Assembly: GCA_050633305.1 (NCBI GenBank) | Contig: JBOEGF010000010.1 | Location: forward strand, 480,001-544,000 | Direction of reading: 5' to 3' | Length of the DNA: 64,000 nt | Origin: Nannocystales bacterium | GTDB taxonomy: Bacteria > Myxococcota_A > Polyangia > Nannocystales > Nannocystaceae | Shown here: in pieces, positions 36,435-45,851 of the stretch | How the letters are laid out: every line of letters begins with the position of its first letter | Position numbering within the stretch: the first letter of the stretch is position 1 | Notes under the pieces: generated by a model | Seen by the model: the letters and a program-made list of their open reading frames with translations, nothing else | Told to the model about the DNA's origin: nothing | The model's database searches: none | Made by a program: the position numbers and the translations under genes

Positions 36435-37928
36435 TCAGGCCTGCAGACGCGGAAGATAGGCTCGCAGGTCGCCCACGACGACTTGGTCCAGCGGTGTCAT
36501 GTTGTACTGGGAGCCGCGCATGTCCCCGTAACCCGGCTGCCCGTCGTGCTCCCACGCTTCGGGCTCCAGACCCATCGCGAGCATGCAGGTGACGAGTACC
36601 CAGTTGTAGCTGGTGCCGATGTACTCGGACCAGCGGTTGCGGGTGAAGTCGGTTCGGTAGTCGAGGTACGAGCCTGTCCGCAGTCGGCCGCCGCAGGACC
36701 CGATCATCAACAGTTGGTTGTCCAGGGCGAGGTGGTTTACATCGACGTCGCTGATCTGGTTTCCGGATTGGCCGTTCTGGTTGCCGATCTCGTTGTTGAC
36801 CAACACGAGCGAGTTGTCGAGCAAGGTCCCGCCCGTGAGCGGGTCTTCACCCACGTCGAGCTTCGTCAGGAAGTCGGTCAGGTAGCCCATGTGCCACGCG
36901 TGCGCGTTCCGGATGCTGTCGAGTGCGCCGGCGTCGCTGTTGTGGGACGCGCCATGGTGCCCTCCGGCGACGCCATGGAGCGCGCTGGTGAGGAGGACGT
37001 CTGGGTCCAGGTAGATGTTGACGACCTGCGTCAGCTCGCATCGCAGTGCGGCCACAGCAATGTCCACCACCGCTTGGGCCCGGGCGTTGACGTCCTCGGG
37101 CGCGTTGCCAATGGCGCTGGGATCATCGGGCGGAGCGCAGTCGGCCGCCGTGAGCGAGAGCTGGTTCTCCAGCGCGAACATGTGCTCGACGTGTTCATCG
37201 AGCAGGTCGCGGTCGGCAGCGGAGAGCCTTGGGTTGTTGCGGACGTCGCCGTAGTGCTCCAGCGCGCGGTCCACCAGAAGTCGCTTTTGTTCCCGCTGGC
37301 GGGTTGCCAACACGTCGTCGACGTCGAGATCGGCGAACAGCGACGCAAACGCCTGGGCCGGATACAGCCCAGGTTGCTCGATGAGGTCGCCGGTGGCTGT
37401 TGTCGTGACCGAGCACGATGCTGCGGTCTCGGACCACCGAATTCCGAGGCTCAAGGGGATCGAGGGGATCTGAAATGCGTTCTCGGCGATGAGGTTGTCG
37501 ATGGAAGCAGGGAGCGCGCCGACGTCGATGCCTTCGACGTTGCCCCAGCCGAACAGCCCGGTGCGGCGGTTGTGGTCGGCGGTGTCCAAGCGGTCGATGT
37601 GACGCAGCAGGTTCATCCGCTCGCGGAACGGATCAAACGAGCTGTCGAGCAGGGTGGAGATGGGCCCATCGATATCGCTCAGCGCCATCTCTCGGACGTT
37701 GGGCTCGACCAGGGACAGCCCAGAGACGGCCTCGTTCGTGGGGAACCAGTCGTGGCCGTACATCCCGTTGGTGATCCTCCATGAGATGAAGTTCCGGCGA
37801 ATACCGTCGTCGATGCGGGCCCTCGCTTCAGAGGTGGGAAGCAGTGAGGAGAGGGTCGGGATCACGAGGACGGCACCGCCGGTCCCCATCAAGAAGCTGC
37901 GTCGGCCAAGGCGCTTGGGATTGTTCAT
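36435..37928 (-). CDS. DUF1552 (HXXSH) protein, Tat-exported
   Basis: GRRSFL leader, ALRCELTQV, HHGASHN, GTLLDNSLV. Confidence 0.85.
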   Translation of the reverse strand: MNNPKRLGRRSFLMGTGGAVLVIPTLSSLLPTSEARARIDDGIRRNFISWRITNGMYGHDWFPTNEAVSGLSLVEPNVREMALSDIDGPISTLLDSSFDPFRERMNLLRHIDRLDTADHNRRTGLFGWGNVEGIDVGALPASIDNLIAENAFQIPSIPLSLGIRWSETAASCSVTTTATGDLIEQPGLYPAQAFASLFADLDVDDVLATRQREQKRLLVDRALEHYGDVRNNPRLSAADRDLLDEHVEHMFALENQLSLTAADCAPPDDPSAIGNAPEDVNARAQAVVDIAVAALRCELTQVVNIYLDPDVLLTSALHGVAGGHHGASHNSDAGALDSIRNAHAWHMGYLTDFLTKLDVGEDPLTGGTLLDNSLVLVNNEIGNQNGQSGNQISDVDVNHLALDNQLLMIGSCGGRLRTGSYLDYRTDFTRNRWSEYIGTSYNWVLVTCMLAMGLEPEAWEHDGQPGYGDMRGSQYNMTPLDQVVVGDLRAYLPRLQA

Positions 37929-39664
37929 GGCGTCCTCACGTGTCGAAAGCGGTCGGAAACGACGAAGTCGAGCAAGGCGTCGCGGATCGAGGCTGCGGTG
38001 TCATCCTCACCCGCGAGTCGTGTGGAGAGTTCCTTGACCATGCAGGCGTCGTCGTCGGTGAGCTCGCGGCCCAGCATGTTGCGGGTGAGGCTCTCTGCCA
38101 GGCAGTTGGGCCCCTCCTGACTCGCAGCGAGGGCCTCGGAGAGCCCGACGGGGTCGTCGACGGAGAGGGCTTGGCCGTCGAGCAAGACCTCTGCGGTCGT
38201 ATCGATGGGGAGTTCAGCTTCGCCGACCCGTTCGGTCTCGATCCACTGACCGAGGTCGCCGTAGTGTCCCAGCGGCGCACCCAGCCCATCGAGCTGAACG
38301 TGACACGATGCGCAGGTCGCTTCGGACGTGGCATTGGCAAATCGTTCGCGAATCCCCTGGGCCGCGTTGGCGCCGGGTTCGGCCGGGTCGTCCTCGGGGA
38401 ACGCGGCGGCATCGGGCAGCGGGAGGGGCCGACAGATGAAGGCGGAAAGCCGGGCCCCTCGTTTGATGATGTGTCCGGCGTTGGTCTCGGGGATCTCTTG
38501 GGTCGCGATGAAGCCGGCGCGAGTCAGCAGGCCCGCGCGTTCGGGCGGGAGCTCAACGGGTCCCACCGACTCCTCGACCCCGTACAGGACCGCGAGGTTC
38601 CGGTCGTCGATGTAGGCTGTGCGGTCCAGCAGAAGATCGGCGTAGGTGCCGTCTGCATCGAGGATGGTCGCGGTTGCGAACGCCAACACGGAGTCCCCCA
38701 TGGCGTCCCGCAGAGCGGTACGAGCCTCTGGGTTGGGGATCGTTTGTAGTGCGGCGAACGGCACGGATTCGAGCTCCAGCCAGTCGAAGAAAAAACCGCC
38801 GAGGGCGACGCGCGCCCTGGGGTCCTCGAGCATGCGTTCCGCTTCTGCGCGAAGTGTGGCCGGGTCGAGCCCACCTTCAGCCGCTGCGAGAAGCTCGTCG
38901 TCGGGGGCCGAGTTCCACAGGACCCGGGCCAGTCGCGTCGCGGTCGCGTGGGGACTGAGGCGGATGATGCCGTCCGCGACCTCTTCCCCTTCGATCCGGT
39001 CGTAGAGGAAGTCGGGGTCGATGAGCATCGCCGACAACAGCGTCGCGACGCCTTCCGCGACGCTGTGCGCTGCGCCGATCTCGTAGTTGGCGGCGAATCG
39101 CTCGAGGTCTTCGTCCGATATCGGGCGACGCAAGATACGGAGGCCGTAGTCGCGGGTGAGGTCCGAGAGGCAAGGCTCCGAGCGCAGGTCGGCGTCTGCA
39201 GAGACATCGGGCAGGCAGCTCGATAGCGTCGCCAGAGAGTCGCCGTCGCGGGTGAGGCGGGTCGCGACGGCAAAGGCCGCGTTCACCTGGGCGGAGACCT
39301 CTGCATAGCTTGGTGGACCCACCTCGGTGCTGAAGTGACCGATATGTGTGGTCGGGATCGCGCTGAGGGAGACCTCGAGCTCGTCCACCAGCTCTGGGCC
39401 GAAGACGTCCCGGAGCGCGTTGACGTAGCCGTCCTGGTTCATGCGAACGAGCGAAGCCACCGGGACGTCGTCAGGTGTGCAGCCCGCGGGCTGGGCATCC
39501 TCGCCGTCGGTGTCGTCGCCTGGGGTCGTTCCGTCGGTGTCGCTGTCGACCCCCGTATCAGTCTCGACCATGGGTGCATCCGCATCCTGGCCCACCGCAT
39601 CGACCCCGGAGTAGCATCCCATCGGGATCATCCAAGCCGCCAGCCACCAAGGTCTCCGCACCAT
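37925..39664 (-). CDS. DUF1592/1595/1588-family lipoprotein with one CxxCH
   Basis: YVNALRDVFG, PDFLY, LWNSAPDDELL, RAGLLT, IKRG, CASCH; ATGA-coupled to the DUF1552 gene. Confidence 0.85.
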   Translation of the reverse strand: MVRRPWWLAAWMIPMGCYSGVDAVGQDADAPMVETDTGVDSDTDGTTPGDDTDGEDAQPAGCTPDDVPVASLVRMNQDGYVNALRDVFGPELVDELEVSLSAIPTTHIGHFSTEVGPPSYAEVSAQVNAAFAVATRLTRDGDSLATLSSCLPDVSADADLRSEPCLSDLTRDYGLRILRRPISDEDLERFAANYEIGAAHSVAEGVATLLSAMLIDPDFLYDRIEGEEVADGIIRLSPHATATRLARVLWNSAPDDELLAAAEGGLDPATLRAEAERMLEDPRARVALGGFFFDWLELESVPFAALQTIPNPEARTALRDAMGDSVLAFATATILDADGTYADLLLDRTAYIDDRNLAVLYGVEESVGPVELPPERAGLLTRAGFIATQEIPETNAGHIIKRGARLSAFICRPLPLPDAAAFPEDDPAEPGANAAQGIRERFANATSEATCASCHVQLDGLGAPLGHYGDLGQWIETERVGEAELPIDTTAEVLLDGQALSVDDPVGLSEALAASQEGPNCLAESLTRNMLGRELTDDDACMVKELSTRLAGEDDTAASIRDALLDFVVSDRFRHVRTP

Positions 39665-39672
39665 CGCCGACC

Positions 39673-39795
39673 ACGCTAGCGATCCCCGCGCGCCACGTAC
39701 ATCGGCAAAACTCCCGAATTTGCAGTCGCAGATCACGCTCCGCGAGAATATCGGAAGTTCTACCGATGCCGGAGACCCGCGAACTCCACTAGCCT
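39673..39795. promoter_or_regulatory. Mirror-image divergent promoters, each with an ATCGG-N8-CCGA(T/A) palindrome and a TAGCnT -10
   Basis: Boxes at 39701-39718 and 39750-39767; each is 22 nt from a TAGCnT hexamer (39678-39673 minus, 39790-39795 plus). Confidence 0.65.
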
Positions 39796-39807
39796 CGCCT
39801 GGGGAGT

Positions 39808-41490
39808 GTGTCGGCTGTGCTGAAACCGAAGTATGTCATTGTAGGTGCGAGTCTGCTGTTCGCCGGCTGCTACGACGGTACGACGATGGCCGACGGGGCC
39901 ACCGACAGCGGAACTGGGGCCGAAGGCGGGTCTGCGGGTGCCACCGACGGGGCCGAGAGTGGAGGGGAGGATCCTCCGGCCGAGGCGAATTTGGTTCCGC
40001 AGAGCGTCTCGCGCCGTTTGAGTCAGGCTGAACTCGACAACACGCTGCGTGACTTGATGGGCGACGATACCCGCCCTGCGCGTGGCTTCTTGTCCGAAGA
40101 CGAGTTCGCCCCGTACGACAACGACTACGGTCTGCAAGTCGCTTCGCGGGCGCTCATCGAGTCGATGGAGGTGATGGCGATCGATGTGGCGAACCGGTTG
40201 GTGCAAGACCCAGCGCGTCGCGACCTCGTCGTGCCTTGTACGCCCACCACCGATGACGACGCAGCCTGCTTCGACGACTTCGTGCGGTCGTTCGGCAGAC
40301 TGGCACTTCGTCGTCCATTGACCGACGAAGAGGTCGGAACCTACTCGGTGTTCCTTCCGTTCGCGACGGAAAACGTTCCGGGGCTCGACAACGACTTCTA
40401 CACCGCGGTGGCACTGGCGGTGTCGGCGTTCGTGCAGGACCCCGAGTTCCTCTATCGCATCGAGGCCGGCGTTCCGACGACTGACCCGGAGGTGTTCAAG
40501 CTCAACGACTACGAGATCGCGACCCGGGTGGCGTTCCTGTTGTGGGGGACGGGCCCGGACGATGCCCTGATCGCCGACGCAGAGGCCGGCCGTCTCTCGG
40601 AGCTGACCGATCGCGCCGACATCGTCGATCGGCTGCTGACGGACGACCGTGCAAAGCAGCAGCTACATCGCTATCACGCGATGTGGCTGGGCTATCGAGC
40701 CATTCCACATGACGCGACGCTGATCGAGGCGTTCAACGCGGAGACGACAGCGCTGATCGACCGCGTTGTCTTCGACGAGCGCGACGACTACACGGCGCTG
40801 TTCACCACCGAAGAAACGTACATCGACGCGTTTCTGGCCGAGCACTACGGTTTGGAGCCTCCGGCCGCAGGGGAGGGCTGGGTGAGCTACGGCCCCGATC
40901 GCGCGGGCATCCTCTCGCACGGCTCCGTCCTCGCAGGCTTCTCGAAGTTCACGGACACCAGCCCAACGCAGCGCGGCATCTTCATCGCGGAGCGGCTGCG
41001 CTGCAATGAGATCCCCGCGCCGCCGCCAACCGTCGATGCTGACAATCCACCGGGGAACGCCGATGACCCCAACGCGTGCAAAGAGGAGCGCTACGGGATT
41101 CATGCCGAGATCGCGAGCTGCGCTGCGTGTCACAACCTGATGGACCCGATCGGGATGGGCCTGGAGAACTACGACATCGCCGGCCGCTATCGCGAGACCG
41201 ACGACGGCAAACCCGACTGCGAAATCTCTGGGGAAGGCGCGCTACCTGGCGTGGGGTCGTTTAGCGGACCTGGGGCACTCGCGGACCGTCTCGTCGAATC
41301 CGGAGAACTCGAACGGTGTGCCACCGAGCAATACCTTCAGTTCGCCCTGGGCCGACAACTCGACGAAGACGATCCGTTGCTCGAACACGTGGCGGCCGAC
41401 TTCGAGGCCACCGAGTACGACTTCCAACAGATGATCTCAAACTTGGCCAGCCACGACGCCTTTGGCTTCCGCCGCGAACCCTCCAACTGA
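39808..41490 (+). CDS. DUF1592/1595/1588-family lipoprotein with one CxxCH
   Basis: Lipobox FAGC, RRLSQAELDNTLRDL, PEFLYRIE, TSPTQRG, CAACH..MDPIGMGLENYD. Confidence 0.9.
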   Translation: MSAVLKPKYVIVGASLLFAGCYDGTTMADGATDSGTGAEGGSAGATDGAESGGEDPPAEANLVPQSVSRRLSQAELDNTLRDLMGDDTRPARGFLSEDEFAPYDNDYGLQVASRALIESMEVMAIDVANRLVQDPARRDLVVPCTPTTDDDAACFDDFVRSFGRLALRRPLTDEEVGTYSVFLPFATENVPGLDNDFYTAVALAVSAFVQDPEFLYRIEAGVPTTDPEVFKLNDYEIATRVAFLLWGTGPDDALIADAEAGRLSELTDRADIVDRLLTDDRAKQQLHRYHAMWLGYRAIPHDATLIEAFNAETTALIDRVVFDERDDYTALFTTEETYIDAFLAEHYGLEPPAAGEGWVSYGPDRAGILSHGSVLAGFSKFTDTSPTQRGIFIAERLRCNEIPAPPPTVDADNPPGNADDPNACKEERYGIHAEIASCAACHNLMDPIGMGLENYDIAGRYRETDDGKPDCEISGEGALPGVGSFSGPGALADRLVESGELERCATEQYLQFALGRQLDEDDPLLEHVAADFEATEYDFQQMISNLASHDAFGFRREPSN

Positions 41491-41511
41491 ACGCCGAAAG
41501 CAGACCTGACG

Positions 41512-43032
41512 ATGAGCCATCGAATGGATCGACGAACTTTTCTGCGCGGAGCCGCCGGAGTCTCCGTGGCGCTTCCCGTGCTGGAGTGCATGCTCGACAA
41601 CCACGGCGTTGCACTGGCCAACAGCGGCGACGTGCCATGCCGCTACGCGATCGTCTTCGCCGGACAGGCGTTGGGCGGCGACAACTGGGAGAAGAACGGC
41701 CAGCGTGTTGCAGGCAAGTACTTCGAAGAAGACGGACACTTCATTCGCCCCGCGACGACCGGTTCCGAGTACGAGATCACCACGCCGCTGATGCCGGTGG
41801 CCGACCTACGAGACGATTTCTCGATCGTCTCCAACATGGCGATCCCCTGGAACGCATCGTCGGTGGACGGCTCAGCGGTCCCAGCAGGCGGCGCGTTCCG
41901 AGACTTTCACGGCGGCGGTGCGAGTCCGCTTCTCAGCGGCACGCGGTCGAACTCGTACAACTTCGCGTCCAACGGGATTACGTCCGACCAAGTCCTTGCG
42001 CAGACCAACCCCGGGTCACTGTACGACTCGCTGGTGTTGCGGGCCCAGCCCTCCTGGTACCTTGGCGGTAGCAGCTACTCGGGCCGTCAGTACCTCTCCT
42101 ACACAGGCGCGGGCGCACCCGTCGAGGCTCAAACCAGCCCTCAGACGGCCTTCATGACGCTGTTCGGCAACTTCACGCCGGACAACGCCGAGGACGCGGC
42201 TCGTTTGGACTTCGAGCTTCGCGGCCGTCGGTCCGTGCTCGACCTGATCACGGCCAAGCGTCAGGGGATCCTCGGGAAGGTCGGAAACGCGGACCGGATC
42301 CGACTCGAGCGGCACTTCGACGAGCTTCGAGAGCTCGAGCTACGAATCTCCGGGATCGATCCCGACGTTGCGGCCTGCCAGGTCCCGGACGACCCGGGCC
42401 AAGACCCGTCGATCGGGGGCGACAATGCGGGGCAGGGTAGCTCCGACATCGACACGAACACCGGCTACAGCGGCGAGGACGAGCGCGCACGAACAATGGT
42501 GGACCTGATCCACATGGCCTTCGTCTGCGACCTGACCCGTGTCGCCACGCTGCAGATCTCGGTCTTCCAGTCGCACATGAACGTCTACCAGGTCAGCTCC
42601 GACCTCGGCATGCCGATCCGCGCGGACCTGCACGAAGTGGGACACAACGGCGACCAAGAAACCAACGGCCAGCTTCCGGTCAGCACGATGCTCGGATGGC
42701 ACGTCGACATCTGGGGCGACCTCGTTCGCAAGCTTCGCGACACGCCTGAAGGCGACGGGAACGTGCTCGACAACAGCGCGATCGTCTTCATGACCGAAGC
42801 GGGTCACGGCTTGCAGCTCAACGACGGTGTTTCGCCCAACGCGACCCACTCGGTTGAGGAAATGGTGCAGCTGGTTGCGGGCCGTTCCGGTGGGCTCCAG
42901 CCCGGGCGGCACATCGACGCAGGCGGGGCCCACCCCGCACAGAACCTGATCTCCTGCATGCAGGCGGTCGGCCACGAAGGCGACACGCTCGGCGAGGTGT
43001 CCGGGCGCATCGACGCGTTGTTCGAGGCGTGA
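41512..43032 (+). CDS. DUF1552 protein, Tat-exported
   Basis: DRRTFLRG..VALPVLE, AFVCDLTRVA, HEVGHN, GNVLDNS. Confidence 0.9.
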   Translation: MSHRMDRRTFLRGAAGVSVALPVLECMLDNHGVALANSGDVPCRYAIVFAGQALGGDNWEKNGQRVAGKYFEEDGHFIRPATTGSEYEITTPLMPVADLRDDFSIVSNMAIPWNASSVDGSAVPAGGAFRDFHGGGASPLLSGTRSNSYNFASNGITSDQVLAQTNPGSLYDSLVLRAQPSWYLGGSSYSGRQYLSYTGAGAPVEAQTSPQTAFMTLFGNFTPDNAEDAARLDFELRGRRSVLDLITAKRQGILGKVGNADRIRLERHFDELRELELRISGIDPDVAACQVPDDPGQDPSIGGDNAGQGSSDIDTNTGYSGEDERARTMVDLIHMAFVCDLTRVATLQISVFQSHMNVYQVSSDLGMPIRADLHEVGHNGDQETNGQLPVSTMLGWHVDIWGDLVRKLRDTPEGDGNVLDNSAIVFMTEAGHGLQLNDGVSPNATHSVEEMVQLVAGRSGGLQPGRHIDAGGAHPAQNLISCMQAVGHEGDTLGEVSGRIDALFEA

Positions 43033-43045
43033 GGCGACGCGAGCG

Positions 43046-45232
43046 TCACTGGGAGCCCAGGCGGTTCGACAGTCGGTCGAGTCCCACCTGGGCTTTCTTC
43101 GATCCCAGATTGAGGGCTCGTTGGTAGGCCTTGCGTGCGGCGGCGTAGTTCAAGGTCTTGAACTGCGCATCGCCGAGCAGGAGGTGCGCGGCCTTGGAGC
43201 GCGGACGGACTCCCGTCGCTCGTTCGGCATATCGGGCAGCCTTCGCGTACTCCCCCTTTTCGAACTTGCTGCGGGCAAGGCCAAGGAGGGCGCCGTAACT
43301 GCGTCGGTCGAGCTCGAGCGCCCGGTGATAGTGAGACGCGGCGGGCCCCAGCCGTCCGTTCTTGAGTTCTGCGTCTCCGCGGGCAACCTCCGCGGCTGCC
43401 AGTTTCGGTTGCGACCTCGACGGGTTGTCGGGGTTCGTCGGCGATGCTTTGGCCGGGTTCTCCTCCACGACAACGAGCTCGTCGCTCTCGTCCTCGTTCT
43501 CCGACTCCGCCTCGGTCTCCGACTCGTTCCCGTCCGGGGAGCCTGAGGGGGATGGGGCTTCCGCAACGACGGTCTGCGCGGGTTTTCCCGGGAGCTCTTC
43601 GGTGATGGCTTCGATGGCCGCGCGGGTGGTCAAGCCGGTCGCCGTGTCGTCGGTGAGGATCTTTCGCAGCCGCTTGGAACGGACAGCGGGTTCGTCTTCG
43701 GTCAGCGCCGAGAGAACCTCTGCAGCCGCGAGCTCGGGACCGGTGAAGTCGCCCGTTCGAGCGCGCTCGATCACGGCGTGACGCTGGGCTGCGGTGAGGC
43801 GTGCGCGAGCGCCTGCGTGTTCGTCATCGGGGTTGAAGACGAGGGCCATCGTGTAGAAATCCGCTGCGAACGGTCGGCCACCGTCCATGTCGTAGTAGCG
43901 GTCGCCGAACTTGATCAGGGCACCGCTGAATTCCGCACGGAGTTCGGCTGCGGCCTCCTGTGCTTTGGAGGCGCCGGGACCGGTGATGTCTTCGAGTTGC
44001 AGCACACCCGAGAGCGCGGTGGGGGCCTGTGGATCCGCGGCTGGCGGGTAGACGAAGTCTCCCCGAGCGGCAGACTCTCGGGCGGCCTGGCTGAGCTGCT
44101 CCGAAACCGCGAGCTCCCGGGCGGTCGGCTCGGGTTGAAAGAGCCAGGCTCCCGCACCCACCGCGACGCCGGCCAAGGGAATCGCGAGGGCGAGCGCCAG
44201 TCGACGACGTCTTCGTCGAGCGCGGTCGCCTTCGAGGGCGTGCAACAGATCTTGAATGTTCGGGTACCGGTCTGCGGGGCGGCCGGCCATCCCGCGCGCA
44301 AGGACCCGGACAAGCCACCGCGGGACGTCCGAGTCGGGAACGCTGAACGTGCCCGACTCCACCGCGCGGATGTACTCGGGGACTGAGCCGCGGGCAAAGG
44401 GATAGGCACCGAACAAGGTCCGATACATCGAGACGCACAGGGCGAACTGGTCGCTGGCATGCGAGGGGGCCTGATGGCGGAACAGCTCCGGGGCCATGTA
44501 CGCGGGGGTGCCGAGGAGGACTTCCTGGCTTGTCACCTCGCGGTGGAGCAGTGAGGAGTCTGCCCCCTCGCTGGGGTCGAGCAATGGGGTCTCGTCGAAG
44601 GCGATCGTCGCGGCTCGGGCGAGGCCGAAGTCGAGGACGATGACGCTGTCTCCGTCGCCGACGACGACGTTCTCGGGCTTGAAGTCTCGATGAACGAGGC
44701 CCGCGGCGTGGGCTGCCGCGAGCCCCCGCCCAGCGTGGAGGAACACATCCCGGGTTCGGCTCCAACCGGGCTTGTGGGCCTCTGCCCAGCGGTGGAGCGG
44801 AAGACCTTCGGCGAAGGCCATGGCGATGAAGGACTCCGTGCCGTGTTCACCGACATCGTAGACAGCGACAACGTTGGGGTGGTGCAGCTTCGCGAGGGCT
44901 TGCGCCTCCCGCCTGAGACGATCTTGAGACAAGCCCAGGGCCGTCTCGGCGTCGACGACCGAGGAGCGTAGGACCTTGATGGCGATCCGTCGGTCGAGCT
45001 CGGGGTCGTAGGCTTTGTAGACATCACCCAGACCTCCCGAGCCGAGGTGATCGACGAGGATGTAGCGGTCGACCACCGTTCCGGGGAGCAGGAGCGGCGC
45101 GGGTTCGGGCGCCGGCGGAGCGAGATTGCTGGAGACCGGGGTCGTGAGCGCTTCGTCCAACCGTGCGCGCTGGGCAGCAGCAGAGCCTCCGGGGAGAATG
45201 CCGGTCCGGTCGTCGTGCGGCGCCTGGGTCAC
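43046..45232 (-). CDS. Membrane Ser/Thr protein kinase with extracytoplasmic TPR domain
   Basis: LGSGGLG, IAIK, HRDFKPEN, DFGLA, GTPAYMAPE, TM, C-terminal TPRs. Confidence 0.95.
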   Translation of the reverse strand: MTQAPHDDRTGILPGGSAAAQRARLDEALTTPVSSNLAPPAPEPAPLLLPGTVVDRYILVDHLGSGGLGDVYKAYDPELDRRIAIKVLRSSVVDAETALGLSQDRLRREAQALAKLHHPNVVAVYDVGEHGTESFIAMAFAEGLPLHRWAEAHKPGWSRTRDVFLHAGRGLAAAHAAGLVHRDFKPENVVVGDGDSVIVLDFGLARAATIAFDETPLLDPSEGADSSLLHREVTSQEVLLGTPAYMAPELFRHQAPSHASDQFALCVSMYRTLFGAYPFARGSVPEYIRAVESGTFSVPDSDVPRWLVRVLARGMAGRPADRYPNIQDLLHALEGDRARRRRRRLALALAIPLAGVAVGAGAWLFQPEPTARELAVSEQLSQAARESAARGDFVYPPAADPQAPTALSGVLQLEDITGPGASKAQEAAAELRAEFSGALIKFGDRYYDMDGGRPFAADFYTMALVFNPDDEHAGARARLTAAQRHAVIERARTGDFTGPELAAAEVLSALTEDEPAVRSKRLRKILTDDTATGLTTRAAIEAITEELPGKPAQTVVAEAPSPSGSPDGNESETEAESENEDESDELVVVEENPAKASPTNPDNPSRSQPKLAAAEVARGDAELKNGRLGPAASHYHRALELDRRSYGALLGLARSKFEKGEYAKAARYAERATGVRPRSKAAHLLLGDAQFKTLNYAAARKAYQRALNLGSKKAQVGLDRLSNRLGSQ

Positions 45233-45753
45233 GGGGTCAGGCCAGAGCGCGCGACAAGACCTGCGAGGGCCGTTCGAGTGCGAAGCTGCAGTCGCTCGTA
45301 GATGTGCTCGAGGTGGGTGTTCACGGTGCGGGTGCTGATGTGGAGGAGGGCGCCGATCTCCGCGCTCTTGAGGCCACGGGCGATCGCCAACGCGACCTCG
45401 AGTTCGCGGGGACTGAGCTGCGACACGAGTTGTCGTGCTTGTGCGCGGTCGCGAAGCTCGGCGAGTCCGGACCGGGACTCGACGCGGAATTCGAACTCCG
45501 CTGATCCAAGCTGGATGCGGTCACCCGATTCGAGCACGACCTCTGAGATCTCGGACCCGTTGACGGCGGTCCCGTTGGTCGAACCGAGATCCCGCAGACT
45601 CGCTGTCCCCGCGCGGATGGTGACCTCGGCGTGGCGCCGTGACACGCCCTCGAACGGTACCGTGAGGTCGGCGGTGTCGTCTCGTCCGATGCTCAGCGCG
45701 TCGCTCAGCACCACCAAGATCCCCATCGTCTGCGCATCGATACCCACGAGCAC
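45229..45753 (-). CDS. FHA-domain LuxR-family transcriptional regulator
   Basis: IGR..VSRRHA..DLGSTNGT (FHA); LSPRELEVA...TVNTHLEHIYERL (LuxR HTH); stop overlaps the kinase start. The true start may lie further upstream. Confidence 0.9.
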   Translation of the reverse strand: MLVGIDAQTMGILVVLSDALSIGRDDTADLTVPFEGVSRRHAEVTIRAGTASLRDLGSTNGTAVNGSEISEVVLESGDRIQLGSAEFEFRVESRSGLAELRDRAQARQLVSQLSPRELEVALAIARGLKSAEIGALLHISTRTVNTHLEHIYERLQLRTRTALAGLVARSGLTP

Positions 45754-45851
45754 TGGGGCCCGCTGCGGCGCCTGGCGTGGGGGCCGAGAGACCGGCGTGG
45801 TGTGGTCGTTGTCTGAGATAGCGCCAGGTTAGCAGGACTGCGGGGGGGGAA

